A stretch of DNA of 63,955 nt, counting the filler, from Hausera hauseri (Eukaryota): the NCBI GenBank assembly GCA_046269625.1. It is 10 parts of 10 records of this genome, joined end to end, with 100 filler letters (N's around TTAATTAATTAA, not from the genome) between each part and the next. Parts side by side here need not be neighbours in the genome. Positions count along the whole stretch, not along the records: positions 1 to 5,969 come from JBJURY010160421.1; positions 6,070 to 17,786 come from JBJURY010076659.1; 8 more parts are not named here. The stretch is one strand, 5' to 3'. Position numbers and translations under genes: made by a program. The notes beneath the pieces were generated by a model. It was not told the origin of the DNA. It did no database searches and saw nothing but the letters and a program-made list of their open reading frames with translations. Within the stretch, counting starts at the first letter, position 1, and each line of letters begins with the position of its first letter. Shown piece by piece: positions 1 to 12,861 of this stretch.

Positions 1-2631
1 ATACCTATATCGATGATATCCTAATTGTATCATCTTCTTCGAAACAACACTCCGAACACTTATGTCTAATCTTCTAGAGCTTGCACCAAAACAACTTGCA
101 AATTAATTTCTTCAAATGCTCTTTTTTTCAACATAAGGTCAACTTTCTAGCACATGTTATTAGCTCCTCCACACATTCACGTCAGCCAGAGCGCATCACA
201 CAGCTCAAAAACATACAGCTACCACGTACATAGAGATGCGTTCTTTCCTCGGAACCTTGCACTTTATTCATAAGTATATTCCACACTGCTCCATTTTAAC
301 CGCTCCATTTGCATCACTAAGCTCTGGCAAGAAAAACAGCCTATTCAATGGACCGCCAAGCTTGCCAACGCTTTCGATCACCTCAAGGATAATCTAAAAA
401 CCGTAAAAATCCTGGCCTATCCCGACTCCCATGCAGAACTCTTCTTAACCACTACAGCTGCAGGTGCTGTCCTCCATCAACTCAAAAATGGACCCCATGA
501 GCCATTAGAATTCTTCTCTTGAAAATTCACAGCACAAGAGCAAAAATATTCAATATTTGACAAAGAGTTGTTTGAAATGGTCCTTGCCGTAAAACACTTT
601 AAACATATTCTAACCACACGAACCTTTACAATACAAACGGACCACAAGCCCTTGCTTCAAATTCTCACCATGAAATCGCCTTCTCCACATCAGGAGAGGC
701 AAATATCGTATTTGTCCACATTTAGTTTTGAAATTAAGCACCTAAATGTATTCTACAATTTAGTAGCCGAATTTTTGTCCCGATCGGTCACCTCGATTGA
801 TTTTACACCAATTTTCCTTCAATCAAAACCTCAACAAAACCAGTCACCCCCTGACATCCTTAAATCTCTTAAATCGTGCAAATCCATCGACGGTGTGGTC
901 TTTGGCACCTCCAAACCTAATAATCCTAAAGTCATCCGTTCTGAATCGCTTCAAAAAGAAGCATTCAACAACATCCATTCGTTGCACCATCCTGGTGCCA
1001 AGGCCACTTTTCGACTCTTACAACGCCAAGTAGTATGGCCGTCGATGCACGCTGACATGCAGTCATGGGTTACGCAATGTGTGGCATGCCAAAAATACAA
1101 CGTTACTAAGCACCCAAAGCCACCACTATTTCATTTCCCCTCCACGTCTCGTTTCGAATCTGTTCACATTGACCTTGTATGCCCACTACCCTTAGACAAC
1201 GGCCATCAGTTCATCCTCACAATGATAGACCGTTCCTCGCTATGGCCAGAGACTGTCCCGCTTCGGAGCACCAACACAGAAACAATCGCAGTCGTTTTCA
1301 TCCGCACTTGGATCAGCAGGTTTGGATCACCTCGCCACATCATTTCGGACCAAGGTCCACACCGAACGATGAAAACGTCTCTTAAAATCCTTGCTGAGTC
1401 CAATCGCAGTTGGACCACACTCCTTCCGTACGTTCTGCTTGTCTGGCGGAACATACCATCTACTTCTACAGGCTGTTCACCTCCAGAAACATTATTTGGC
1501 ACTTGTATCAGATCATTATTAGAGCTGGCTGAGCTGGACAATATTCCTACAGAAGAAACCATACAAGCGGCACAGAGACACTTCGTTGAGATCAGCAAAG
1601 ACTCATTTTGCAGCCTGTTACACGCAAATAAACCCTACATACCCGACGATTTATATACTGCCAAGTTCATATGGCTAAAGAATCAGACGCCGTGTGGTTT
1701 TAACCTCAGCATGTCGGCCCTTACAAAGTAATTCGCTTACACTCCCACAACATCATCATTTTCAAAGACGACAAAGAAGTAACAGTCTACATTAAGAACT
1801 CTAAGCCGGCTTTCTTCATTGATGATACGTCTTCCATCGAAACCACTTCTCGATTAACACGTTTACACGACGCGCAGCAATCTAAAAATTCATCCCCCAT
1901 GTCTATTCAATTTCTTAATCCACTTTTCCCTACATTTCCTCCCAAGATTTCTACTTTAATTTCTTCTGACAGTTAAGCCTCTTTTGCCCCATCCGAATTT
2001 GCACCTTCAAGCCTTTTAACACCTCTTCCATCTCCTGGTGACAACTTGCTTTCTCCTTTTACAAGACATCCTCCGCCAAACATCACTTCGACTTCACCAA
2101 TCGCTACATCTTCTTGCTCTCTTCCGTTTTGTCTCTCTTCGCCGTCTTTTTTCGCCCTCTCTTTCTCCTTCCACACTTCCTCATCTTCGGCGCTCCCTTC
2201 CTCCATCTCTATCACACATCATCTTCTACTCCTTTCATCTCCGCTTCGCACCTTCCTTCTATCTCTACTCGTATCCCTATTTCTCTTCCTCTCCCTCCTA
2301 CTACCTCTGTTTTATTCTCTACTTTTACTCTTTCACCTAAAACAATTTCAATTTTTACACCACTTTTTGTCTCTCGTCCTTTATCCGCCACTACACCTCT
2401 TTTCAGTCCTTTGTCTTTCAACACTCTCTTGAACACCTTCAACCATCCATCTCCTACAATCTCTTTTCCTACTTCGCTTTCTTCTTCTCTTCTTTGTGAC
2501 TCGTCTTGGCATGACACAACACTCACAACAAAATCTGACAATTTTTCCCCAACTTCAACCTTTGCAAGCAAACACACAGCATAAAGACAAAACACGCAGT
2601 CACATTTAGCAAGTATAGCAGGGAAAAATCA
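1..2631 (+). mobile_element. Ty3/Gypsy LTR retrotransposon, conventional family, copy A1 (RT end, RNase H, integrase, pyrimidine-rich tail), decayed
   Basis: YIDD at 6-17; RNase H motifs (YSIFDKEL, TDHKPL); integrase HHCC zinc domain (HSLHH...CVAC) and core (VHIDLV, SDQGP); stops and frameshifts; high similarity to the copies at 4655-5969 and 39381-44233. Confidence 0.95.
568..1731 (+). pseudogene. Gypsy pol RNase H-integrase fragment with an internal deletion in the integrase core
   Basis: SDQGP is joined directly to HRTMKT, whereas sister copies (e.g. 40425-40946) have about 35 more residues including HPQxNG..E between them. Confidence 0.9.
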
Positions 2632-3979
2632 GTAGATGTTAATTCGATATAATCACAAACAGCAGCAGAACGTGTTGATATCAGTTCGACCAACGACAGA
2701 TTCAAAATTAAAAAATTGTAGTTGAGATAAAATTCCGAGATCTCAAAGGGTTACAAATTTGAATCGAAACAATAGACTTGGAATTGTGACTAAATGGCAA
2801 ATTCATCCAAGCGGTATCAATTAAGAAAATTCATAAGTCAAAATGGTTAAAAAATTAAAAAAGTTAGATAATATTGTATTTTTTTGAATTATTAAAACAA
2901 AACAAAGTTTCACATGGATATACTGTACAGTTTTTACAATAACTCCAATTACAAAAGAACCTTTACAAATACAGCTTTATCGACATTTAAACATACTATT
3001 AAGCAGTTTAGTCAATTTCCAGGTATTCAGCATCGACCATCTTCTGATTTCATTTGCAGTTATTTATTGATGTCATGGTCGTTAGAAACGACGCTATACC
3101 AACCCAGATGGAGAAACGGATCGTGATGTTGTTACCGTTGAAGATTAAGTACTTGTAACTGTCGTATATTGCCTGTCTCAATATTGATATAAAACGCCGA
3201 ACTACAAAATTCTGGATTCTTAATGGACGACTTGACGATTGCATCTGACAATGTCAGCTCATTCTATTGCGACACTACCGGACCTGAGAAATTGATCTAT
3301 CAAGTCACCCGGTATTCTATCTGACTAATGTGCGGATCGAAATCGCTGGAACACGTCTGACTGGAAACAGACTGGCCGGTTCAACAGGCTAGTTCGAGCC
3401 AGAACTTCACCTTCTTACGAACAGATTAAGGCATATTCTTCATAAAGATCGCGTCGTGTTAAGTGATCGATAATTGGAACGAAAGACGAACGGTAAAAAA
3501 TACATGTATGTGCCGAAAATCGAACTGGAAAGCGAATTGTTTACCTGTTCGTTTTGTCTGTACCATGACTATGTCGGTTTCCTGTATCGATGTTTCAGTT
3601 CGAATGACGATGAAGTGGAACAGTCGGTTATGCAAAAAGATGCTCATATACAACGTGAACATCACCAGTTTATATGTGACATTAAGGGGGTTCTGTATGG
3701 GGAATCATCAATTAAACGAGCCATCGATGATGGTTGAACCGATGGTTGTAGATGACCCGACATACCGAAAGAACTTGATGACATTGAACGATGTTTGTAC
3801 GGTGACAACTCGGAGATTGCGCAAGATCATCAGATGAACATACAAAGGCCGAATGATTCGATTCAGGAAGAATACTTTTAAATCTCGACACTTTAATACA
3901 CGAATAAAAAGCTCAAACATGGGCATTTATACTTTTTACTGATGGTGTTTTTGAGATCTATAGTGTTCCTGATTTTACG

Positions 3980-4650
3980 CTATACTTCCGAACTGTGAAT
4001 TTCTTTGACTGTCCACATAGAATTATCATTAAAGTAAATCTCAGTTTGTAGATTATGCAACCCTTTGATAGTACCGGCATAATAACATTTTTTGTTTCTC
4101 CATCTTGCATACACTTTAATATCATTATCAATATTGGGTTCTTCTGAGATTGTTTCGTTCTTTTCGTCATTGCTATCTTCTAGTACCGTTATTCCGCTTT
4201 TCAGATTTACATGTGAAATTGATTTACTGACAGATGACATGGAACTGAAAGATGTTCGTTTGTCAGATAATGAACTAGCCGTCGCACTAAAGCTGAAACG
4301 TTCATTCTTGCTCTTAGATGTATTGTTATATGAACATATTTGTGTCGAAGGGGTATTATTTTTGGTGTCTCTAGTCAATACTGTGATTTCTTTTGGTGAC
4401 AAATTTATCGCCGCTGCTGATTCATTGTAATTTGTCATTCCTGTATTTGGATAAATAGTAAATGTTTGATTGGTAACAATAGGTGTCGTTGGCTGTGTAT
4501 TTAGTGGTGTTGAATGAATATTTGAACTGAAACTGGATACATTTTGCATTTGATGTGTGCTCATTTGGTAAACCGGTGGAAGAAATGTATTATTTTCGAC
4601 GTTCGCTGGTTCAACTTCAAATGTTTTAAATGAACTTATCGTAACTTCTT
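3980..4650 (-). pseudogene. Host gene fragment: Ser/Thr-rich region followed by a Tudor-like domain
   Basis: KVYARWRNKKCYYAGTIKG...EIYFND fits the Tudor consensus (V.A.W...yY.G.I...V.F.D; 53BP1/LBR/PHF20 type). The 5' end abuts the LTR of copy A2. Confidence 0.5.
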
Positions 4651-4654
4651 TTGC

Positions 4655-5969
4655 GGCTGCAACGGACGCCCGGCCGTCTCCAACCAAATGGGCCAGAGGC
4701 CGCCCGCCGCTGTTGGCACCACATGAACCCCCGTGGCAAAGTGAAAACTATGAAGAAGAAAATAGATGAAAAGCAACAATCGCTAAACAAAACAGTGTAT
4801 ATATCAGTTGGTCTTAGTGTGGACAAGACGTTGGGTGTCTTCGAGTGATTTTTCTCTGCTATACTTGCTAAATGTGACTCTGCGTGTTTTGTCTTTGCGC
4901 GCTGTGTTTGCTTGCAGAGTTTGAATTTGGGGAAAAAATTGTCGGATTTTGTTGAGTGTTGTGTCGTGCAAAAATGAGTCAGAATAATGAGAAGGAGGAG
5001 GTGAAGGAGGAAGAGAGATTGTTGAAGACGAAGAAATGATTAAAGGTGTAGTTGCAGATAAAGGAAAAGAGAAAGAAGTTGGAGTGGAAGTTGGAATTGA
5101 ATTGGGTGAAAGAGTGGAAGTGGAAAATCAAACAGACGTAGTGGTAGAGAGAGGAAGAGAGATAGGGATAGAGGTAAAGAGAGGAGAAAGCTGTGAAGCG
5201 GAAGTGAAAGGAGTAAAAGATGATGTGTGAGGATAAATGGGGGAAGAAAGCGCGAAGATGAGGAAGGTGTAGAAAGAAAAGGAGAGAGAGAAAAAACGGC
5301 GAAAAGGTACAAGGCGAAAAAGAGCGAGAAGATGGAGAAGGCAAAGAAAAGTAGTTGGAGGGATGTATGCAAGAGGTTGGTATGATGAAAGGTGTAGAAG
5401 GAGAGATTGGTGAAATCAAAATTGTGTTTGATGGAGGAGGCATTGTAAGAGGAGAAAGCATGTTGTTATAAGGGGATGGAGGAGGTGTTGAAAGGCTTGA
5501 ATGTGCAAAATTTGACGGGGCGAAAAAGGCTGAATTGTGTGAAGAAATTGAAGTGGAAGTTTTGGGAGAAAACGTAGGGGAAAGTGGATTAGGACATTAA
5601 GCAGAGATGGAAGGTGAATTTTTGGATCGCTGCGTGTCGTACAAACATGTTGATAGAGAAGTGACTTCGATGGGAGACGTATCGTCGATGAAGAAGGCCG
5701 AATTAGCGTTGTTGATGTGAACAGTTACTTCTTTGTCGTTTTTGAGAATGATGATGTTGTGTGAGTGTAAGCGAATTACTTTGTAAGGGCCGACATACTG
5801 AGGTTATAACCACACGGCGTCTGATTCTTTAGCCATATGAACTTGGCAGTATATAAATCGTCGGGTATGTAAGGTTTATTTGCGTGTAACAGTCTGCAAA
5901 ATGAGTCTTTGCTGATCTCAACGAAGTGTCTCTGTGCCGCTTGTATGGTTTCGTCTGTAGGAGTATTGT
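4655..5969 (-). mobile_element. Gypsy copy A2 (integrase end, pyrimidine-rich tail, PPT, start of 3' LTR)
   Basis: The reverse complement of 4846-5969 matches about 1540-2631. It continues to CTTTGCCACGGGGG (PPT-like, 4728-4732) then TGTGGTGCC at 4723, paralleling CTTTGCCACGGGGGAGGGG-TAA-TGTTGTGCC in copy B1. Confidence 0.9.
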
Positions 5970-6069
5970 NNNNNNNNNNNNNNNNNNNNNNNNNNNNNNN
6001 NNNNNNNNNNNNNTTAATTAATTAANNNNNNNNNNNNNNNNNNNNNNNNNNNNNNNNNNNNNNNNNNNN
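5970..6069. other. Artificial contig spacer (N44-TTAATTAATTAA-N44); first of nine
   Basis: Identical 100-bp spacer with a six-frame stop linker also at 17787-17886, 25474-25573, 29639-29738, 38335-38434, 44234-44333, 48629-48728, 52791-52890 and 59418-59517. Adjacency across spacers has no biological meaning. Confidence 0.99.
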
Positions 6070-6900
6070 CTATTTTCTGGATAATAAGTTTGTAATTGTA
6101 CACTTGGTTTATTAGGTCGTACTTCGTATAAGTCAAATTTTCTTTTAAACTCTTGGTTCATGAGCAGTTTGCAACAGGGGTGTTGTACACCTGCACGAAT
6201 AGAACAATATCCTATTTTCGGGGTTTGTCCCATAGTTGCTTCGAAGGTGATACTAATTTCTCGACTGATAGTTAACTCTGTACGGGCATTTACTTGGATG
6301 CATTTTCTTGCCTTATTAACCGAAATTCTCTGGATATTTTCTTCCAATAACTTTATATTCGGGTCAGTGATGGTAGAATGTCGGTAGGTTTTATTCCATG
6401 GTGTCTGTTCCATGAAGTAACGACTAACTGAGATTGTGGTTTTATTTCAATATAAATTTCGAATGATTCTTGTAAGTACAAGCGATAGGTAAGGTTATAA
6501 GTACGTCCAAAATCTATGTCGCAACACTATATATGATCGCTAGGTTCAAAATCACAATTTTTTGCTTCTTTCATTGTTATATCATTCAAAACAATTTGAA
6601 ATCTTCCGAAGTCGTGGTGTGGTTTCCAAGTCTTAAATCCAACACATACGGCATTTGGTAAGTAGTAATAAATCGTCTTTAATTGCAATAATTTAGTATC
6701 TTCTTGCCTTTGCATGTCTTCGACTGTCGGTTTCTTTTCCGTATTAATCGGTTCCGATTTTGTTCCACCCTTCCGAATTCCATATATGTTTCCTAGCGTA
6801 GATTCGTCGTGCCACCATTGGGTTTGTGTTCTCGGAATATAAGAAGCAATTAACGATAATGCTAAAACTATCTGAACGTATGATATTGGACTAGCGACTA
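6070..6900 (-). pseudogene. Post-integrase extension: signal-like hydrophobic segment plus two 4-Cys ectodomain units (truncated by contig end)
   Basis: In frame after the integrase C-terminus: VQIVLALSLIASYIP, then C..CDF..CCDIDFG and KC..YCS..CC..FDLY; homologous to 51021-52790. Confidence 0.75.
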
Positions 6901-9900
6901 TTGAGGAAGTTTTTCTCTTGCGTTGGCGTAGGTTATAATGTTTATTGGGCCGTATTTCTGTCTTAACAACTCTTTGTACTGATATGACTTCCTCCTTTCC
7001 GTTCTTGTTGACATATACTGTGGTTGGCGTAGCTCTGGTAACTTCGTACGGTCCTCTCCCGGTGCGGGTCAATTTCAGTGAGGTGCCTTTTCTGGCTACT
7101 GGATAGTGTACATAAACCCAATTTCCTGGTTCCAAATAATGTGGTATCGCTTTCTTGTCGTATTGCTTTTTAAATTGCTCTTGATATTCTTGAGGTAATT
7201 CTTTAGCGATCTCCCAACATTTTTGTAATTGTATCTGCAATACTTCTGCAAAGTTCTGTTCTAAATCTTCGAGACTGGCTGCGTACGGCGTCATTCATAA
7301 ATCCGTGGGCAACACAGCTTCATGTCCGCACATCACAAAAAATGGTGTAAATCCTGTTGCTGGATGTGGTGTGGTATTGATGGCAAATTGAGTCCCCTCA
7401 AGAAATTCGTCCCAATATTTTTGGTCTTTAGCTACCACCGTCGATAGTATACGTAGTACGTTTGAATTCATTCGTTCTGTCATTCCGTTACACTGAGGAT
7501 GGTACGCGGTAGTTAATAGTCGTTCGATTTCGAATATCTTGGTAATCTTCTCGAAGAGTTCACTGGTAAAATTCCGTCCTCGATACGTTAATATCTGGTC
7601 TGGTGGTGCATATCGACAAATAATCCTTTTTACTACTGCCTCGGCTAAAGTTTCTGCCTTTTGGTCGATTAGCGCTACTAATTCGACGAAATGAGTTAAT
7701 CGCTCAATACAAGTTAAGATATATTTATTGTTCTTGTGGGCCGTAGGAAGATGTCCTACGATATCCATTGACATGGCTTGCATAGGCCTATCTGGCACAT
7801 TGTTTTCGGTTCGGCCATGTAATTTTTCGTCTTCTTTTGTTTAGTTGCACACACATTACAAGCATTTACCCAATTCTTTACATCAATATAGATACTAGGC
7901 CAAAAGTATTTATTCATTATTCTTTCTAATGTCTTCTTCCATGACATGTGTCCAGCTAAATATGAATCATGTTCTGACATCAACACTTCGGTTCGTAAAC
8001 TTTTTGGGATAACTATCAGTTTCTTTTCTTTTCGTTCGTAATATAAGATATCCCCATTGCTGTTGTCATTCAATACGCAATATTTATGTCCATGTCTATG
8101 TAAATGTTTTTATAACGGTCGCACTTTTGGCATAATATCTTTTTCAGCAAATTCTATAATCTGCTGAATAACTTTATTCTTTCTTTGTTCCGTCGAAATT
8201 TTAATTGGTTCATCCTTCGTTAGGGCGCGTTGGCGATCTATTATTTTTTCAAGTTGACTTTTCATTATTACCATGATTTCACTGGTTTTAGTCTTCAGTC
8301 TCCATAGTGCATCGGAATCTACATGCTTGTTCCTTGGTTTATACTGGAATTCTATATTGTATTTCGATATTTTTTCAATCCACCTGTACAGTCTGCATGT
8401 CAGGTTATTTGCTCAACCCTTCAAAGTCGTAACGGCCTTGTGATCGGTGACAATTATAATTTTCTGCCCGTATACGTAAACATTAAAATGTCGAAGTGCT
8501 TCTTTTACGGCTAAAGTTTCCAATTCGGTAACAGAATAATTTTTCTAAGCCTTCTTCAAAGAACGTCCTCCATATGCAATCGGGTGTTCTAACTATTCGG
8601 CCTCTCCTTTCTTTGCTAGTTCATATCCAATGCCTTCTTTACTGGCATCTGTCTTTATTATAAAGGGTAAGTTAAAGTCTGGATAACGTAAGACAGGTTC
8701 ACTTGTTAATATCCTCCATCTCATCGAAGGCTTTCTGTTTGACGTCCGTCCATTTCCATTTAATCCCTTTTTTAAGTAGACGATATAAAGGTGCATTAAT
8801 TTTTGAAATATCTGGCACATAGGTCGCGTAATATTCGCAGAGTACTAACCAGTGTTTTAGCTCCTTCTGGTTTTGTGGTTCCATGCAATCAAATATTTTG
8901 TTTAATACTGATTTATCTGGTTTCGATCTCCCTTCTCCAACTATATGGCCAAGATAGGGTACTGCATTCTGATCCCATTTGCATTTCTTCGGATTTAGTT
9001 TCAATCCGGCTTATTCTAAACGCATCAATGTATGTTTAGTGTCCTTTAAGTGTTCTTCTTCGGTCCTTGACGCTATCATTACGTCATCTAAGTACGCAAA
9101 AGCATGATCCAGTCCCATTAACATTTTATTCATCATTCTTGTGAATTTCGCTGGCCCGGTAGTAATACCGAACGGCATGACGTTAAATTCGTAAACATCA
9201 TCGTGAGTTTTGAATGGTGCTTATAACGGTCTTCGTCTTCAATCTCTACTTGCCAATATCCTGATTGTAAATCCAGAGTAGTAAACCATTTTGCTTCTGA
9301 GAGTCGGTCTAGAGCCTCTTTTACTGATGGTAATGGAAAAGAATCTTTCATCATGAGGTTATTTAAAGCTCTGTAATCAATGCAAAATCGATGTTTTGTG
9401 GTACCTTTCTTCTTAACCATGAGAAATGGTGAGTACCACAATCTATAACTAGGCCTAATTATATTGGCCTTGAGCATTCGTTTGACTTCTTTTGTTATCT
9501 CAGGTCTCAGCAAGTGAGGTAACCATTTTGGCATTTTCTGGTCCTCCAAATCTGCTTCCTCGTTTGACCCCGGCTTTTTTCATGAGTGGAATAGTCAGTT
9601 TTAACGCTTTCGCTCTACCAATATCTTCCTCGTCCTTAGCAATAATCGATTTATATCGGCATAGTAATTCATAAAACCGACAATAATATTCAGGTGAAAA
9701 CTTAGTTTCGACATGAGGTGGAAATTCGGCATATTTATAAGGTTTTTCTTCAATAGTTATTGACGGTACTCTATAGGTATTCCATAGAGTGGTATAAGCA
9801 TGAAGCCTGACGGGGATCTGTGCTTTATTAGCTATTCTGATCGGCACCCGACCAGAGTGTACTCTTGTTAGTATATTGCTGAGTATTATATTTGGATCTA

Positions 9901-10410
9901 ATGTATCCTTTGGTTCAAAATCTACCGGTTGATCGTTATCTTGCTGTACTTGGACATAAATTATCATTTCTGTCCTTGGTGGCATGTCTTCGTCCAAAGG
10001 TATCCACATCTCTTTAAATTTTCTTTCTTTGGCGTTTTTTATACCTTTATTTAGTCCGATTTTTACCAGCTTCCCCGTTTGTAAGTCGATCAATATATTC
10101 GGTAGTCTTTTCAGTAAATCACATCCTAGGACGATGTCGTCGGTTAATTGTTTCATAATTGCAAATTCATAACGAAAATTTTGTCGCACTATTTGGACTT
10201 CTGGGTTAATTTAAACATCGGTTTCGACATTTGACCAAAAGCTCCCGTACTTCCTGGAACTTTTGTGGATGGTGGGTATAATTGTCCTCTTAACGATTGT
10301 GGTATCGATTTATTTTTAATGTAAGACATTTCGGACCCTGTATCGATTAAGGCATAAACTTTCCAATCTTTATTGATGATTTTGGCGAAGGGTCTGCCTT
10401 CTATTACTGT
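6900..10410 (-). pseudogene. pol: Pol polyprotein PR-RT-RNaseH-IN of the giant element
   Basis: ALIDTGS (D at 10342-10344); RFCIDYRALN, LDLQSGYWQ, YLDD (9083-9094); TDASKEGIG, TDHK; HDSYLAGH...CNVC, MDIVG, AYHPQCNGMTERMN, GPYEV. Confidence 0.95.
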
Positions 10411-10456
10411 TCCGAAACAGTTTTATGCTACTTTTGGGCGTTTAGTCACCGATATT

Positions 10457-12861
10457 TTATGTCCATTGATTCGGATTTCTGGGGAGGATACTATGTTCTG
10501 CGTTTGGATATAGTTCATTGTTTTCGATGTTTAATTCTTCCGTTTCATGAGTACTGATTAATGGTTCTCGGTTGTTAGTGTGTAGTTCGGTATTCTGGAA
10601 GGTTTTTGTCCGTGGATTTTCCCAGACAGATGATTTGGTCTCTATATTTCGGGCCTCTCTCGGAGAATACAACATCCTGGGATCATCCACTGGCTGTCGG
10701 TAATACATTTTCTGTAGGACCCCGTAGCGTTTTGTGCATTCATACGGGTCTTTTATATTAATTGTCCTTTTACAGACTTCCGTGTGGTATGAACGTATGG
10801 ATCGTTTGTCACAGTCCTCATGGAATGGAGTGGTAGGAGGTAACATAGGCAATGTCGTTTTAATGACAGAGTTTGTCTTATATCTGTTTATTCTGGAAGG
10901 TACTTCTCCTCCCTTAGGCTCGTCATCGTCTGAATTATTTCTCCGCGTATTAGGTTTTGTAAATTTCCGCTTGTACAAGAACATAGGCCTTCCTTTTCGT
11001 TTACGATTATAATAACCAACATGGCGTTCTACATCCGATTTCCATCTACTTTCTTCGTATGCCTTTAAGAATTTTCCAAAGGGCGTTATGATTGCAGTCA
11101 GTATTTTACATGAAAATCCGGTCAATGTAAATATTTCATAACCATTTATTACGGCTTGAATAACGGCCTTAATCATTTGTATCATAAAATATATTGCTAA
11201 AAATCCGGATATTGCTTGTCCGAAAATCAAAAATCTTCTGTGGTTACTCGTTGATAATGGTTTACGTCGAGTAAAGATTCCCATTTAGCTTGATATCGGG
11301 TATCTTCTACTACAGAGGCCATGAGTCGATTTAATTCATGTGTCTGCTGTCGCCGGAAAGCGAGAAATTGTCGAAAGGCTTTAATTTCCTTGGGTTTATA
11401 TATGCCTTTCGACGAGGTGTCCTGAAATTTATCGTCTGTAATTCCTCTCGCAAGAGTTGTTCCGGTTAATTTATTTGGAGCGGCAGTGATACCTCCATTC
11501 GGCAAACTAACCCAGCATGTTTTACTACGTCAAAACATGGGCTCTCCTAAGCTTGTTTTACAATCTCTAAGGATGGTTGATTGGATTGCATTATCCAATA
11601 ACACTCTCGTCAATTGCGTAGCTAACCTTGGAGTATTTTGACAAATAACAGGGAGTTCCTGAATGTAACGTTTTTCTTCCACATTGATGGGTACATCTCT
11701 CTTTCCACACTCGTAAGTTAACAAGACTTCGCCCGTAACTCGACCGAAAATTCCTTCTCTCATAGGGATTATTGGAGAAGCCAATTCTGGGTTGGCATAT
11801 ATAAGAGCCAATTTCGTCCTCATGATCTCGGTATCTAATTTACAGTCATGTGTTATCATTTTGTGATATAATTCCTTTATTCCGACTTGTCCTTTGTAAT
11901 AGAAGTAATCATCTCTGCTTTTCAAATAGTCCTCAATTCGGATATGCTGCGTTTCCAACTGATAGGTTTTCGCATTTATTTCAGTTTCGACTACGAAGAA
12001 CGCCTCATAGTTTGTGGCGAACATTACTATGTCACAACGGGAAGTCATTTCTTTTTTTATAAATTTCAGTTCATGCTGATCCGAGATTAATATAGTAGGT
12101 GTAGGGTGTTCCAATACGTCTTCGCGTGTCCTTGAGTTGGTATCCGATATATCCACATACCGCTTTCCCGTAGTTTCACTAAACTTGAGTTCCTTAATTT
12201 TAATAAAATTACAACTTCTTCCAGAGCGAGGTTCCCATATTATAACAGAACTTCTAAAAGCACAGATTCCGTCTTGTAAGTGACATTTCTGATTTTCGGT
12301 GTATAACTTGGTGATACTATTGAACATTACTTTCTATGGCAGCATCTCCGATTCGTAAAAATCCACGACCACTACATTTGCTTGTAATCCTTTCCCAGTG
12401 CCGTATTCTGCTCCGTAACAATGTTCTCTATGCATATCTAACCTTCCGGCCACTACCTTATACGCCCTAATTATCTTTCCTGGTTGCATTTCTAACTGCA
12501 TACTGTCCCATTGTACTCTTCCAGTCTCTTTAGCTTTTTTGCAGTATTGGCGTTCTAAATTTATTGGAATTAGCGGAGTGGTTGGCTTGATTATGGAGGA
12601 ATGTCAGTGTACTAGCCCACAGTGAATGATACTACGCGATCGCCTCAGCATGCATTCCATCCCATTAAACGATATCAATTCTTGTTTTTGGTACAGGAAG
12701 TAATTTTTCTCTCTTGTTTCCAACTTGTACGGTCTGGCATCTTTGTACGCTACCAGATCCATTAGGGAATATCTCTGCCCTAGTTTAAACTTATCGCAGT
12801 CGTAAACGATAACAGCGTTTATATGCTTTATTAGCATCACCAAGGTGAGTATGCTGATTAA
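10457..12861 (-). pseudogene. env: Chuvirus-like (Monjiviricetes-type) fusion glycoprotein / env
   Basis: Hydrophobic LISILTLVMLIKHINA, then VYDC...YSLMDL...ECMLRRSRSIIHCGLVH; CHLQDGIC..VIIWEP; ELYHKMITHDCKLD...GIFGRVTGEVLLTYEC...ELPV...TRVL; C-terminal hydrophobic FLIFGQAISGFLAIYFMIQMIK...GFSCKILTAII. Motif order matches chuviral G and its endogenous derivatives. Confidence 0.8.

Noticed and set aside
1973-2595. Multiple overlapping hydrophobic-looking ORFs as membrane proteins
   Set aside because: Explained by the low-complexity CT-rich tract, which lacks stop codons; frames are not consistent among copies.
4840-4850. TCGA at the apparent end of copy A2 suggesting a restriction/ligation chimera or a shared terminus with A1
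   Set aside because: A2 similarity to copy B1 continues past this point to the PPT and LTR at about 4723-4732, so it is not a junction.
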